A stretch of 64,000 nucleotides of DNA from Octopus sinensis. Its lineage: Eukaryota. The notes beneath the pieces were generated by a model. That model was not told the origin of the DNA and searched no databases. It saw only the letters and a program-made list of their open reading frames with translations. The DNA lies in contig NC_043001.1 of the NCBI RefSeq assembly GCF_006345805.1, forward strand, positions 97,774,001-97,838,000. Direction: 5' to 3'. The position numbers and the translations under genes were made by a program. Positions 24,165-38,067 of this stretch are shown here, piece by piece (position 1 is the stretch's first letter; each line of letters opens with the position of its first letter).

Positions 24165-24315
24165 AACTTCTCTCAGTTTTCGTCTACAATTTCCCCTGAC
24201 AAGGCTTAGGTCGGTCTGGGGCAATATTAAGGCGCACTTGCCCAAGGTATCACGCAATGGGACTGAACCAGGAACAAGGTGGTTGGGAAGGAAGCTTCAC
24301 ATCCACGCCTGCACC
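24165..24315 (-). mobile_element. SINE family A 5' half
   Basis: CACTTGCCCAAGGTATCACGCAATGGGACTGAACC. Confidence 0.65.
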
Positions 24316-24742
24316 TATAACACACACACACACACACACATACACACACACATGCATATGCAATCTGTGTGTCCTTGTACTTGTTTTAATTTTCCGATGC
24401 AACGAATAACGAATAAAGTACGACGTTAAAAATGTGTTAGCTCTGGTATCGATTTGTTCATTACACATACATTTAAAATGCTTATACTTCTCTAAACGAA
24501 GAACCGAAATCTAACTACCGATAAGCATGTTAAGAGAATTACTAGAAATCGAAATTTCTAGTCTACACCCTGTCTACACCCGAAATGGAAAATTTTAGTC
24601 TGCAACCGAAAGGGACATCTATCAGTTGAAGATCTCACTGTCTATTGTTGGGAACCAGCACGCCTACAATGGGTAAAGCTTCCGTTTTCAATTTATCAAA
24701 CGTCCGAGAAATTAATTTCAATGTCTCTTTCTCTCTTTATTC

Positions 24743-24782
<40 letters not shown>

Positions 24783-24927
24783 ATATATATATATATATAT
24801 CTTTCACTCTGTCTCCGTCTGTATGTGTATATATGTATGTACGTACGTATTTTTGTATACATGTATGTATATATCTATTTATATATATGTATATATATAC
24901 ACATACATGCATCTCTCGCATTCTATG

Positions 24928-24977
<50 letters not shown>

Positions 24978-25122
24978 GTGTGTGTTTGTGTGTGTGCGTA
25001 CGTCTGCTTGTGCGGAGGGCTTGTACGAACACACAGACAGACACTAATATATTTATGATATTTCTATGTGCAAATGTTTGGATTCATAAATATGTGCAAT
25101 GAAAGAAAATTGTAGATGTCTA

Positions 25123-25166
<44 letters not shown>

Positions 25167-27276
25167 AACAAGCAAACACATACACACACACACATATAAA
25201 TACTGGCATATAATTTGCGATGTAGGTTTATATGCACGAGTGAATATGTGTGTGCGTTTGACGTGTGTGTTCATGTATATATATATATATATGCACACAC
25301 ACATTTGAATGTTCGTTTATATAATGTCCAATTAGGCTTACCTTCAATAGCCTTTCATCCTTTATTAAACATGCATCTCTTTAATTCTGAAATTTCTCTT
25401 CTATCAATTCTATTTTACTATGATAAGGTAGCCTTTACATTTACTCGCAATTTTATGTGATATGATTTCATTAAATCTGGCTTTCACGAAAGTAATATTC
25501 AAGTGGTGAGAACAGCATTTTTTTTATTTTCATATATCTACTTGCCTCAAACTATAAAGAAGTTATCAGGTCATAAAACCGAAGTTCAATATCAAATATA
25601 TTCACATCACGCTGTCATCTAGGAAACGAATTTCTAAAGTAAAAATCAACAAACAGTTTCTCTTTAATATAGAAGCTAATATTCGTTCTGATTCGTTTAT
25701 CATATATACGTTCTGGAATCACTTCAGTCTCAAATGAAGCTCCCTTAATCTGTTTTAGTGGGTTTCCTTAGATTTATTGCTTCTAAACCTTGTCATAACG
25801 TAACTTCAAATGCAACCTATAAATGGCTTAGAATCCGAAATCACACCTAATGATTTCTGAAATGCATGGATTATTACGGACGAATATTTTAAAAGTAATT
25901 TCGTCTTAAGTTTATATTCTCGCATATATTGCGCGTGTTCAATTGGCGAAGAAAAACATGAGCGGAGATATGTTGCGTTAATAAATCAGTTGCGTTTTAT
26001 TTGCAATCTGGTATCATCTATCAGCCCAGTGATAAGTCTTACTAGAAAAGGATTAATTTAATCATTTATCTCTCGCATTCTAAACGACAATGATTTACAC
26101 CATTTTGTAAAATATTTATGGCACAGCTAGTATTGTAGTATTTATTTATCCTTAAAATAAGCTATGCGTCCCTGCCAATGAAATAAAATTACTAATAATC
26201 AAAATAATCTATACTGTAGATTATATTAGAGGAATGTTTCGAGGCCGTATATTTAATCTTTGACTGTTTCTTTATCATTAAAAGTACAGTTGATCAAGAA
26301 AGGAGAACCTTATTATAAATGCACAGAGTTTACAACGAGATAGGCAAAATAGTGGACGTGAACTGCATTGTCAGATACGCGGAATTATAGCTTTATATTT
26401 TCTGTGTAACTTATTTTGTCACTCACATGATGACTATCAGGCATTTTCTGATAACGCACGATATTTTAATAGTGGTATTATATAAGGTATCCTCTGTAAA
26501 ACATTCATGATTTATTGTCTTAGCATTAACCCTATATACACGCATACTAGAGGATACTAAACTATTTTCTTTAGCTATTTCCTTCAAACGTGCTCTGAAC
26601 CACAACTCAATTTGAAATATCTTGTCGCTTCGCTAATTTTTCTCTTTCACTAAATAGAAAGAAGTGCGTTTGAACATGTTATTTATTTCAACATCGCTTC
26701 AAAAAAATATAAGAGAAAAAGGAATGCAGTAACTCTAAGCCGTATCTAGGAATAAATCCAATAATTTAGTATTTCTTTCTTTATTTTGTTTTTAGTTTTT
26801 ATCAAACGTACAGATAAATTTTATCTGAATATATTTCTTCTAGGTATATAAAGCTTCTCGGTAGTAAAATACCGCATGTTTTAGAATAAAAAGTTATATA
26901 ATATTCTATTGAAGCCTTAAGGCACCCGCTGGAAAATAATTGCAATTTCTTTACGTAACAGGGAGAAAAGGATTATAAATATACAGCAAGAAAATTGTCT
27001 TCCAGTGTCATTCAATATATTTAATTAATTCCAGGAACAGGCGGAAGGTGCATATATTTTCTAGATACACCCACGTCGGTGAAACTACGCGGGTGATGTT
27101 CCGGTTTCATTCTATACGAAGCATCATGTCGTTACAACATGACCTGGCAGGTATACTGAAGGTTATTAGATATTGCAATTAAGCACCAGAGTTTTAGTGC
27201 GGCGTGATATGCGAAACACAACTTGTGTATGTCAGTGCTTGAGCTGTATGCGCGCGTTTGAACGTGTATGGTATAC

Positions 27277-27670
27277 GACTGGCGAGCTGGCAGAAACATT
27301 AGCACGCCGGGCGAAATGCTTAACAGTATTTCGTCTGCCGTTACGTTCTGAGTTCAAATTCCGCCGAGGTCGACCCTTCATCCTTTCGGGGTCGATAAAT
27401 TAAGTACCAGTTACGCACTGGGGTCTATGTACTCGACTTAATCCCTTTGTCTGTCCTTGTTTGTCCCCTCTGTGTTTAGCCCATTGTGGGTAGTAAAGAA
27501 ATAGGTATTTCGTCTACCGCTACGTTCTGGGTTCAAATTCCACCGAGGTCGACTTTGCCTTTCATCCATTCGGGGTCGATAAATAAAGTACCAGTTATGC
27601 ACTGGTACTTAATTTGTCTGTCCTTGTTTGTCCCCTCTATGTTTAGCCCATTGTGGGTAATAGAGAAACA
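27277..27670 (+). mobile_element. SINE family B, partially tandem-duplicated
   Basis: The head GGCGAGCTGGCAGAAAC is followed by two body copies (27330-27505 and 27505-27670). Confidence 0.85.
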
Positions 27671-27674
27671 GGTA

Positions 27675-27960
27675 TACGACTGGGCACTCCGACGGTAACG
27701 GCGGCAGGAATTACACTTGATTCGATCGACGGGACAGCCTCTGTTCGAACACGCGAGTGGTCGAGCACTCCACAGACATGCATGCCCTTAATGGGAGATA
27801 CAGCGTAACAACACCGGAAGGGACAAGCATGACCCTTTTGAATTACTAGTACAACTCATTTTTGTAGAAGGCAAAGCCTCTTTCTTAAGGACACGCCGCA
27901 CCGCCAGGAATTGAGCTCACCGCGTTACGATTGAGAAACGAATACAATACTAGGCCCGAG
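27675..27960 (-). mobile_element. SINE-like family D
   Basis: Minus-strand tRNA-like head (GAGCTCAATTCCT, B-box-like). The tail is shared with 21745-21885. Confidence 0.55.
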
Positions 27961-28049
27961 AAAAGACAGGAAAACACATGGATAAGGTTTCTCCTAAAGT
28001 CCTAAAGACACACGTTGTGGTGTATTCATATACCAACATGATATAGATT

Positions 28050-28590
28050 TCGTGTGCTTGTGTTTGATTAAACGTTACCCGTCATTTATATGTATTTCAC
28101 AAATGCGATCTAAATTATCTACGACTGTCGCAGCTGAAATTAATTCCGGAAGAACTACTGCAATAATCTGTAGAGTTGAACTTTCTGAAATAAGTATAAA
28201 TCCTAAAGCGATTAATGAGATATCGGGATGCGTTATTGGTTATGTTTTGCACTATGCTCCATGAAAGGTTGTCAGACCTCCTTAGATATAGAATTTACTG
28301 TTATTCTATTTTATAGCGTCATATATTCACCATATACTCTTTTGTGGATCAAAAGACGTGTGAATTTCGCTAAGATTCTAGGTGTCTCTAGATACTAAGG
28401 TGATAGTCCTTTTGTCCATATTTCGGTATATGTGTTAATGTTCATTAAGTTAAGGATACGATGTATTGGCAGTGAGGTGAGTATACGTTCTGTTGAAATG
28501 CCTGTCTTGATATTGCATTTAGTGTCAGCGATATAATCTTCGAGACAACGTGAGATAATGGGGCACATTGCAGAATCTATTAGTCTGGTT
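28050..28590 (-). pseudogene. Possible highly decayed Penelope-like RT remnant
   Basis: Hand translation gives RLIDSAMCPIISRCLEDY, NINTYTEIWTKGL and NNSKFYI*GG in the order expected for PLE RT motifs. Very degenerate. Confidence 0.3.
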
Positions 28591-29567
28591 GTTTGGATCC
28601 GAGTAAATCAGTTGTATTTATGTATTTATGTATACTTCTAGTCCTGTAACATCTCGGAAAACATATGACTTATAATACCTCTATGTCGATATGTACGGGT
28701 GTGTAGCTACATGCATGCATATGGCTATATTTACATATCTATTCATAACCATATAAGAGACATATTATTTATGTACTAGCAAATTATTCATTGTAACATA
28801 TTCCACATATAATTTTAAATTTCACAAAAGAAAGCTTCTCTAAAACCTAACTCCAATATCTTCCTGAGAAATTTGAACGTTATTCTCGGCCATCTTTTTT
28901 AGGTGAGCCATAAAATGGCACAATACAAATCTTGGTTATTTGTGAAAGAACTTCAAAAGATACAAATAGCAGACTAAATAGCACGTATCTACCACCTGAA
29001 AAACCTTACAAAAATTTACCTCTTAAAATGCACACATGACTAAATACGAACAATGAAATATTCCATTACCAAAACAGCAATACTTTATTCACCATCTATT
29101 TCTCTTCTCTCTGTACACATATTTTCTCTTAGTGTCATTTCCACTTCCACTTTCTACACAGATATTTCCCTGTCAGTGTATACCACGCCTAATTTTCATT
29201 TACATTAATACCCCTACCGTAGTATCGCCGTACGAAAAGTTACATGTAAAGCGACAGCCGTAAGTAAACTACATTCATTTTACAGCTTGTAAGATGAAAA
29301 ATGTGTTTGAATGTGAGCCTTAGGATTTCGTTGCTATTTTAGGGTTTTAGGATTATATTTTGTTTTTAATATATCGGAGATAGGTAAAAATAGATAAAAA
29401 AAGAAGAAATGTAATGTGGCTTAGGAACAAAAATCCAGCAATTTTTTTTCTAATTCGGCAAATCCTTCTGGTAACGTTTCCGAAAATCATAACTATATTA
29501 CCTCATGAGCTTTCAAATATATACATGTAAGTATACATACATAACAGTATATATAACCACCGCAATA

Positions 29568-29797
<230 letters not shown>

Positions 29798-30851
29798 AGG
29801 GATAAGGTTTGTTGGGTTCCAAGTTACGGTATTTCCAGAGAAGCACTCAACTCGAATAATGGGCTACCAACACTGTCGGGATCCTTGCCAAAACCGGAAT
29901 ACTTTTGGCGTAGAAAATCCAAGTTTCACGACAGTTATACCGTCAAATGGTCTGGCGATGAATAAATAATCGAAAGAAAAGAAGACAAAGAAAATTCTTT
30001 AACACATATTTAATTATATCTTACAAATTTTTCCGTATCATCTCCATTTGCAACGCCAGTTTACGCGAAAATTCTCAAAGAAAAATTACGTAATATTTGC
30101 GGTTTTATGTATTGGAGAGGCTTGCATCAAAGGCGCGCTATTACATCAGACTTACATCAAATGAACGCTATTACAGTGAACGTCTATCACACTTTGCTGT
30201 TAGGAAAGTGACGGGAGGAAATATAAGATTGAAAGTGTGTATGTATGATGAGTCATTCGGGAAGATATTATGTGGTGGCGGAACCAAGAGTGTGGATACG
30301 TATAATGATAGGAGGGAGAGAGGGAAGGAAGACGAGGTAAACGAATAGAAGGCAAAAGAGAAGTAGAAAGACGGAAAGCAAAAGAATATCCTTATATGTA
30401 TAATCATACATACTCTCACATATATATGTACACACACATGTATATACACATATACATGCAAATATACATACATATATATACACATAGAAACACACACATA
30501 AATATATATATATACATATATACAAAGAATTCCTAGAAATATATACATATATATACACACACATACAAACATAGATATATATATACATATACATATAGAT
30601 ATACTTATATGTATATACATACACACATATATATATGTACGCAAGCACTCATATGCATGCCATAGATATTCACTCATACGCAGGTATATAATTATACATA
30701 CATACACACGCATACATGGATGCCTATGCATGCATGTGCACTTACGTACACACGCAGATATATATGCATACGCATGCATACATTTCTACGCTGCCATACA
30801 CACACACACACGCACGCATATATATATATATTATATATATATATATATATA

Positions 30852-31075
30852 ATCAAAATAAGTAACAAGGTTATCCAGACGTAATGCAGTAGCATCGTTT
30901 CATGTGACTCCATTTAATTGAACAATGCAAACATGACATCAATTTAAAATGTAGAGCAATCTTCAGCTGCATAAAAATATAGAATTTAGTTAAATTCGAA
31001 GGACGCATTTGTATAATTTTCTTTTTATCCAGAATCACCAAGAGTATAAGTAGATAGACATAGAACATGTTTGAT
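30852..31075 (-). mobile_element. HHR-bearing repeat, family H2
   Basis: Homologous to 20865-21085. It ends in (TA)n on the minus strand. Confidence 0.7.
30884..30972 (-). ncRNA. Type-I hammerhead motif with a long stem II
   Basis: ATGCAG-CTGAAGA-...ATTTTAAATTGA..TCAATTAAAT...-GAAA-CGATGC-TA-CTGCAT. Stem I has 6 bp and the core is canonical. Stem III carries a mismatch that other copies show as AATCG. Confidence 0.55.
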
Positions 31076-31308
31076 AAAACATTCTTTTTAAATATTTTAT
31101 AAAGCATAAGCTTGATTATAAAATCTTTTTTTAAAATTGGGAAGCAGTGGCTCCTATATAGTGCAACGTATATAGTCCGTGGTTACAGTGCCCCTATAAA
31201 CTACATTCTTCCTGAGACATTGGTCGTCCAGGGGATAGGTGGAATGCTCGCGAAAATTACAAAACTTTGTGGGCTCTAACAACAGGAGAATCCATGTTAT
31301 ATATATAC

Positions 31309-31341
<33 letters not shown>

Positions 31342-31433
31342 TGATTGATTCTAGCTTCAGCTCATGAGCTGTGGCCATGCTGGGGCACCGCCATATATAT
31401 ATATATATATATAATCAAGCACCGCCATATATA

Positions 31434-31463
<30 letters not shown>

Positions 31464-31464
<1 letters not shown>

Positions 31465-32190
31465 ATGTACATTTAAACACAAGAGAAAACTGCCTAGAAG
31501 AAGTAGTCAAAACGACCTAGGCAACATGTAAGAGCAATCTTCAAAAGGATGAAAAATAATAACTTTTACCTTTCATCTTATTCCGGTCAGACCTAGGTTT
31601 CTAAATTTTTTTAAAAGGCAATTTCTCTTCTGTTTAAATGTACACAATTTTATATTGAAGAAATGCTGTCTATTGACTTTTTTATACATTCTAGGTCATT
31701 GGTGGTGAAATTTGTAAAAAAAACTCACTACCCTATATATTTTACGTATATGTTTTTAGTAATTTTTAAATGATCAATGCGGCAGTTATTAATTTTACTA
31801 CCGAATGAAACTGCACATGCGCAGTTAATTTGAAAAGTTATAATGTATAACAAAGAGACAGGTGTTAATTATCTCTTAATTATATGTTAACGTCATGGCG
31901 CGGTCACTGATGAAAAATTCGCCTAGCAAATTACTTTATTTGCTAAAAAAATTAATTTAGAAACCTATGTCTGACCGGAATAAAATAACAAGGCAACAGT
32001 TTTTATTTTTCATTCCTTTTGAAAATTACTCTTAAATCTGGTTTGATCGTTCTGACTGCTTCTTCTAGCGTGTAAAAACTGCCTGTTAAAGGCAGTTTCC
32101 TTTTGTGCTTAAATGCACACTATTTCATATTGAGAACATGTTGTCTATTCACTTTATACATATGCTAGGCCACTGGTGGTGAAATTTCTA
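31464..32190. repeat. Complex inverted-plus-direct repeat element
   Basis: 31464-31606 is inverted relative to 31954-32122, and 31615-31720 is a direct repeat of 32088-32190. Confidence 0.7.
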
Positions 32191-32302
32191 AAAAAAAATA
32201 AAAAGACTTGATTTATTTCTATTCCTGAGCGACATACTAATACATTTTTTGTTTGCACTCCACCTGCCTTCGTCTTTTGTTTATTTTCGTAAACCTTCCC
32301 GT

Positions 32303-32368
<66 letters not shown>

Positions 32369-32437
32369 TATATAACATTATTGGTGAATTGAAGAAATGG
32401 AGCTGAACGCAGATTGAACAGAAATCGTTTTATTTCA

Positions 32438-32517
32438 TTCTACACGTGTTTCGAAAGGCACAAATTACCAAAATCCGATTCAATAATGGGACCATATTGT
32501 GTCTTTCTCTTCAGGAA
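32438..32517 (-). ncRNA. Minimal type-I hammerhead ribozyme (sense to the PLE ORF)
   Basis: TTC-CTGAAGA-GAAAGACACAA...TTGTGCCTTTC-GAAA-C-ACGT-G-TA-GAA. Stem I has 3 bp, stem II pairs 10 of 11, the stem III loop is palindromic and the triplet is GUA. Confidence 0.85.
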
Positions 32518-33115
32518 GAAAAAAGGAAATCCGCTGGAAAAACAAAAGCAGAACAGAGGCTGAGCAAAAACAAATCGAACTATGCTCCTAAGAGCCCATG
32601 GCGAAACTGTTTATCAGTGTATGTTGAGAACCGGTGGCTGAAGAATTCAACGGGTCAGGCATCGGTCAATCATGTGGGTGAGGGTGTATAGATGTTCTTT
32701 GTGACCGCGCATAAAGTTCTGACTATTTAAGGAATATTGGATGTTTTATAAGGGGCGAGAAAAAATCTACTTAGAGACGTGTGTGTGTGTATACTGTTCT
32801 ATATATGTGTGTGTTGGCGTAGGGGTAGAAAACATTTTTTGTGTACGTGTGTGCGTTTGATCGTTCGGCTGTCAGTGGCTACTGCCGTGATAACCGTTGG
32901 ATGGCAGAAAGAAAAAAATATATATATTATGTTTTATGTGTGTGTGTGTGTGTTCATCTAAGCTGCCTTGTCAAGGAAACCCCCCGCTGTGAAAAAACCA
33001 AGCCCCGTTTGTCTTACAGGAGTAATTCCCCTTGCAGTGGTTAATCGTAGATATCTTAAAGGCTATTTCAGAATTTGTTACCAAGGGCTATGGGTACCGG
33101 TATTATTTATAAACG

Positions 33116-33677
33116 CTATTTGAAAGCCAGATAAGTGTAACGCCGCCAATGGGGGCATCGAAAAGCCGACTGTAAGAGCCCGTTTACCATCCGGCCTCTG
33201 GCAAACAAAATATGGAAGAGTTCGGAGACACAAAGGTTGCACTGTCTTCTGCCCCTATCAAATGGGAGGGCCACCGACAAAATTGACCATTCCAGCCTAT
33301 AGCTTAAGTTCGTATCCTTCAGTCGCCATATTAGCTTACTGAGTCCCGTGGTCTGGCGCTTGTTCACGTCCCGAAAAGTTGCGTAATGGTTGGAGACACG
33401 CAAAGACAATCTTGAGGATGATGCCCCTACATAAGTGAAGACATCTGAGTCCGTGTAAACCTTGCATTGGTAGACGGCGTTTTTGATCTTGGAGTTCGCC
33501 GACGTGAATCTTAATCTGCTAGGATTAGTTTCTGAAATTAGAACTGCGTTCCTGTCACTATATTCGTTCCGAGACCTGCAGCCGCTTACTACTCTATTTT
33601 CCACTACGTCACTATTAACTATAGGAATAACCCCTGATTCTCCACTATCTATCAGAGTGCTGTCATTGCTACTGTCA
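33116..33677 (-). CDS. GIY-YIG endonuclease domain of a PLE polyprotein (5'-truncated, frame open)
   Basis: AVYQCKV...YVGAS, LRVSNH, TGLSKLIWRLKD, WSIL, CNLCVSE, VN, CPH. The predicted catalytic Y/R/E/N are retained. The ATG at 33769 lies in the inverted arm and is probably not a real start. Confidence 0.85.
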
Positions 33678-33992
33678 TTTTCTACCCCTACGCCAACACA
33701 CACATATATAGAACAGTATACACACGCACACGTCTCTAAGTAGATTTTTTCTCGCCCCTTATAAAACATCCAATATTCCTTAAATAGTCAGAACTTTATG
33801 CTCGGTCACAAAGAACATCTATACACCCTCACCCACATGATTGACCGATGCCTGACCCGTTGAATTCTTCAGCCACCGGTTCTCAACATACACTGATAAA
33901 CAGTTTCGCCATGGGCTCTTAGGAGCATAGTTCGATTTGTTTTTGCTCAGCCTCTGTTCTGCTTTTGTTTTTCCAGCGGATTTCCTTTTTTC

Positions 33993-34072
33993 TTCCTGAA
34001 GAGAAAGACACAATATGGTCCCATTATTCAATCGGATTTTGGTAATTTGTGCCTTTTGAAACACGTGTAGAA
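33993..34072 (+). ncRNA. Minimal type-I hammerhead ribozyme (inverted arm copy)
   Basis: Same fold as 32438-32517, with the stem II closing pair changed from G-C to G-U. Predicted cleavage is after 34069. Confidence 0.8.
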
Positions 34073-34285
34073 TGAAATAAAACGATTTCTGTTCAATCTG
34101 CGTTCAGCTCCATTTCTTCAATTCACCAATAATGTTTTAATTTCAATTATCCGCACCAACGCACGGTTGCAACGCCAGATGGTTGTACCTCCAACCGTGC
34201 TGTTTACTGCTGTGATTTTTGCTACTAAGGTTTCGGTTAAACTTTTGATTAATCTACTACAAGATTATTCATCTTTCTATTTCAC

Positions 34286-34336
<51 letters not shown>

Positions 34337-35410
34337 GTATGTATGTATGTATGCATGCATCTATATATGCGCAAACTCAGGAAGGGCACAGACACATTTA
34401 TCTGCATGCATCTGTGTATAATTCTCATATGGCATTCCCATAAAATTTCCTCATTATTGTAATGTAATACATTTTAAAGAGAATTACAATGAGGAAAAGA
34501 GGAAAATATGAGATACAGGCGGAAATATAGTAAATATGAAACATATTGAGAGACGAAACATTTAATAAAGATATAACGATTGAAATCTCGCTATTGACGT
34601 GTGAGCCTGCAAATGTTAGCACATTCAGTTATGACTGTACAATGAAAAACTCTTCTGATATATTGACCCATCAAAAATGGCGGGCGAGTAAGTTATTAGC
34701 CTCTTCAATGTTAATAAATTTTCAAACATACTCATAGAAGTATCACCTCCCAAATAAAAACTGTGGTTGACAATGATTTATACTTGTTCTTCAATGTTTT
34801 AGAAGGCAAGCAAGAACTTTTCATCTACTTTGGTCTTGTTGTAACGCCATCAATTATGTTTAGATGTCAAGGTTTTAGCCGATGTGATGGTGTGAAATTA
34901 AATTAGTAAATATAAATGTTCACATGTTAAAAAACATGAATATTTCACCTGCCATTTCTAAATAAAGAATTCCTAGAAATATAGCAAAAGTTTCAACAGG
35001 AAAAATCTCAACAAAAATAATATAATGCATTTTATTGTAATCAACAATGTAAAGAAAAAAATGCGTTAATGACATCAAGTTCTATATTTTCATTTCACAA
35101 TTTAATTGTGAACAAGAAAATATGTGATGACTTCTCCATTTATATTTCCTCCTCTTTCTGGTGTATTATATATATATATATGTGTGTGTGTGTATATATA
35201 TATATACACACACACACAAATATTGGGTAACTCGTCATCCAAATATACATGTTTGAATTTATGTATCCCTGAAAGCAAGTATATATGTATGTATGTATGT
35301 ATTATGCATGACAATACGTGTACATACATTTGTATATACAAACCCAGCATAAACGCATATGTGCACTCACACGCATGCATATCAACGCATATACATGTAT
35401 AAGTATATAT

Positions 35411-35488
<78 letters not shown>

Positions 35489-35575
35489 TTGTGCGTGTTT
35501 GTGTTTGTGTGTGTATGTGTCTGTGTGAGTTTGAGCGTGTTTGTGTATCCATGTATAATGTACAAACATATATGC

Positions 35576-35606
<31 letters not shown>

Positions 35607-36196
35607 ATATATAGATATATATATATATATATATATATATGATGTTTGTAAAAGTGTGTTTGATTATTAGCTACAATCAAATAAAACAATAGAAACTTAC
35701 AATCAACGAACAAATGTTTGTCCTTTCTTGATTCATGTTTTTTTTATATTTACTTGTTTTCTGATGTTTACTTCTCATAGTAGGATATTTCAAACAAAGT
35801 TCCATATAATGTTTCCAGAACGCTATTATATTCAGAAAATATAATTGCAATATTGTTTCTGTCACTAGCGAATATCTCAGAAATCGGAAGTAAAAAAACC
35901 AGCTTCGTTTGCGTCTCAGAATATTAATTGTTGTCCTTTCCTATTATTAACTTACTGTTGTTTCAAAGATCAACTCAAATTTATACTAACAAGAGTGTAC
36001 GGATGCACAGACAAACACTGACGGGCAGACGAAAACACGCCCATGCATACACATACACGCGAGCTATACACAGAAATGACAGAAGTAAATAAATAGACCA
36101 TAAAACATCACTTTATACTTATTCTAATTGTAAAGGTTGATATTTTAGATTACGTGATATTTTCATGTTTCAGGTTCTATGTGTGACTATTTAATT

Positions 36197-36660
36197 ATGC
36201 CATACAGAAAAAAGAGCCTTGGAACTATCTGAATTTCAAAGAGGCCGTATTTTGGGTCATTCTGAAGGTGGACTTAGTCAACGTAGAATCGCAGAAATTC
36301 TTGGGATCCCGCTTTTTACAGTTAATAGAGTGATTGGGTTCCATGTTATCTCGCCCACATCAACCAGAGACCTCAGACAGAACCATTATTTTCGCTAGGA
36401 GTAAGTGTGGAGGATTATCCTCGTTGAAAGGCCTCTGACGTAGCAGAACAAGTTGAGGTCAGTTAAATAATAACTATCAGGTATCTTCACAAACTTGGCT
36501 ATTATGGCAGAAGAGCAAGAAAGAAGCCACTTCGTTGACCAGCCAACATCAGGTGGAGAAAATATTGGGCCGGTGAGATGGTGGAGGGGCCACTAACAGT
36601 TTGGGCAATGTCATATCCTCTGATGAGTTCTGCCACTATTTCTGCTCGTGATCAGAGATG
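36197..36660 (+). pseudogene. Tc1-like transposase remnant
   Basis: [44 protein letters not shown] (paired-type HTH), followed by a decayed ..GNVISSDE motif. Confidence 0.75.
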
Positions 36661-36679
36661 CATGGATTGTCAGCCACTA

Positions 36680-37085
36680 AGGGACATGTTCAATTGGTTA
36701 ACATCAAGCACCTGACAAGCAAATCTGTGAAATTGAGCAGGATATTTGCAGTAGCCCATCTTTTATACCAGAACAAAACATGATAACACCTCCAATCAGT
36801 TAAGATCAAAAGCCATGAAAGCTACTGTCTGGTCCTGCATCAGATCATTGATGCTCTCCCACTACTTCTGCATGTAATCAGTGATACACATATCGTCAGC
36901 CAGTAGAGGACATGCTCAACTAGTTAAGATCAAGCAACTGACAAGCAAGTCTATGATATTGAGCAGGATATTTGCAGCAGCCCATCTTTTACACCAACAA
37001 CCATCATGTACATACTAACATTTCCAATCGATTAAGATCAGAAGCCATGAGAGCCACAGCTTGATACCGCATCAGGGCATTTCCA
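36680..37085. repeat. Two diverged tandem copies of a ~170-225 bp repeat
   Basis: GGACATG(T/C)TCAA...TTGAGCAGGATATTTGCAG(T/C)AGCCCATCTTT...GCATCAG starts near 36682 and again near 36908. Confidence 0.75.
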
Positions 37086-37947
37086 TTTCCTGGTATTGCA
37101 GGAAGCTGACAGAATCATCCTTCTTTATTTTATGAGTTCACACTCCACACTTCACAGATGTCGATTTTGTACGCCATCCTTTCATGATCAAACGAACAAA
37201 TCCTGAGGCAATCGACTGGCCATTCATTCAAACTTTCAGCCCTTTTGCTTTCGATAGAAAGAATTGTTGTTTTTGTTGCCGTTGTTGTTGTTGCTGCTGC
37301 ATCTGTTGCTAGATCCGTGTCGTGGCAGAATTTAAAATCATTAGCAGCACTTTTTACGACATTACGTTGTGAATTCAAATTCTGCTGAAGACTATTTCAG
37401 CTTTCATTATTCTTGCTTAGATATAATGAACTATATATTAAGACTGAGGGGCAATGTAATCAAGACTTATAGCTATATTAATTTGTTTTTTGTCATTTTT
37501 GAGTACGAGTACTTTTTACTCACTTCAAAATATGATTAGAGAAAACACTTTACAGAAACATGGTAAGGAATATTTAAAGGGTACCAATTGTCATGTTTCG
37601 TCTTGTATATATCAAGCCAACGCAAGATTAATATCTGTTATATTTGTTTATTTTCCTCCCCGCTTTTGGAATTAGAACTTATAAAAGATATCATTTGAAA
37701 AATTACACAAAATATACGTTGGTGATATCAGAGTGAGCACTTTATCAGGGTTATATGGAGTCGTGTCTTTACATTGTGACAAGAAAATGTATATGTTAAA
37801 TATAAAAATTTATGGTGGGGTTCGATAAAATCATGTACGATACCAACAATTCTTAATCTTCTTCCTAGATGTGTTTATATAGTTATGAATTCTTGCATTG
37901 CGTATAGGTATGCGTGTTTAAATGCATAGGTATTTGTGTACAAAATT

Positions 37948-38020
<73 letters not shown>

Positions 38021-38067
38021 ATATATATATATATTATATATATATATATAATATATATATATATATG

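Larger units (their letters stand above)
32374..34136 (-). mobile_element. Young 5'-truncated Penelope-like element with inverted pseudo-LTR arms (1763 bp)
   Basis: 459-bp inverted arms (32374-32832 vs 33678-34136; I noted 4 substitutions), each with an HHR and AATAAA. They enclose an open GIY-YIG frame, and the left end abuts (TA)n. Confidence 0.9.

Noticed and set aside
30171-30779. 202-aa ORF and the many similar Y/I/V/C/M/H/T-rich ORFs across the window
   Set aside because: These are translations of TA/CA/TG/TACA/ATCT microsatellites, not genes.
32446-32691. 81-aa ORF duplicated at 33819-34064
   Set aside because: It is an antisense reading of the PLE 3' UTR and HHR, duplicated only because the arm is duplicated.
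36626-36640. CTGATGAG core
   Set aside because: It encodes the SDE motif of the Tc1 transposase, and no GAAA partner or stems follow.
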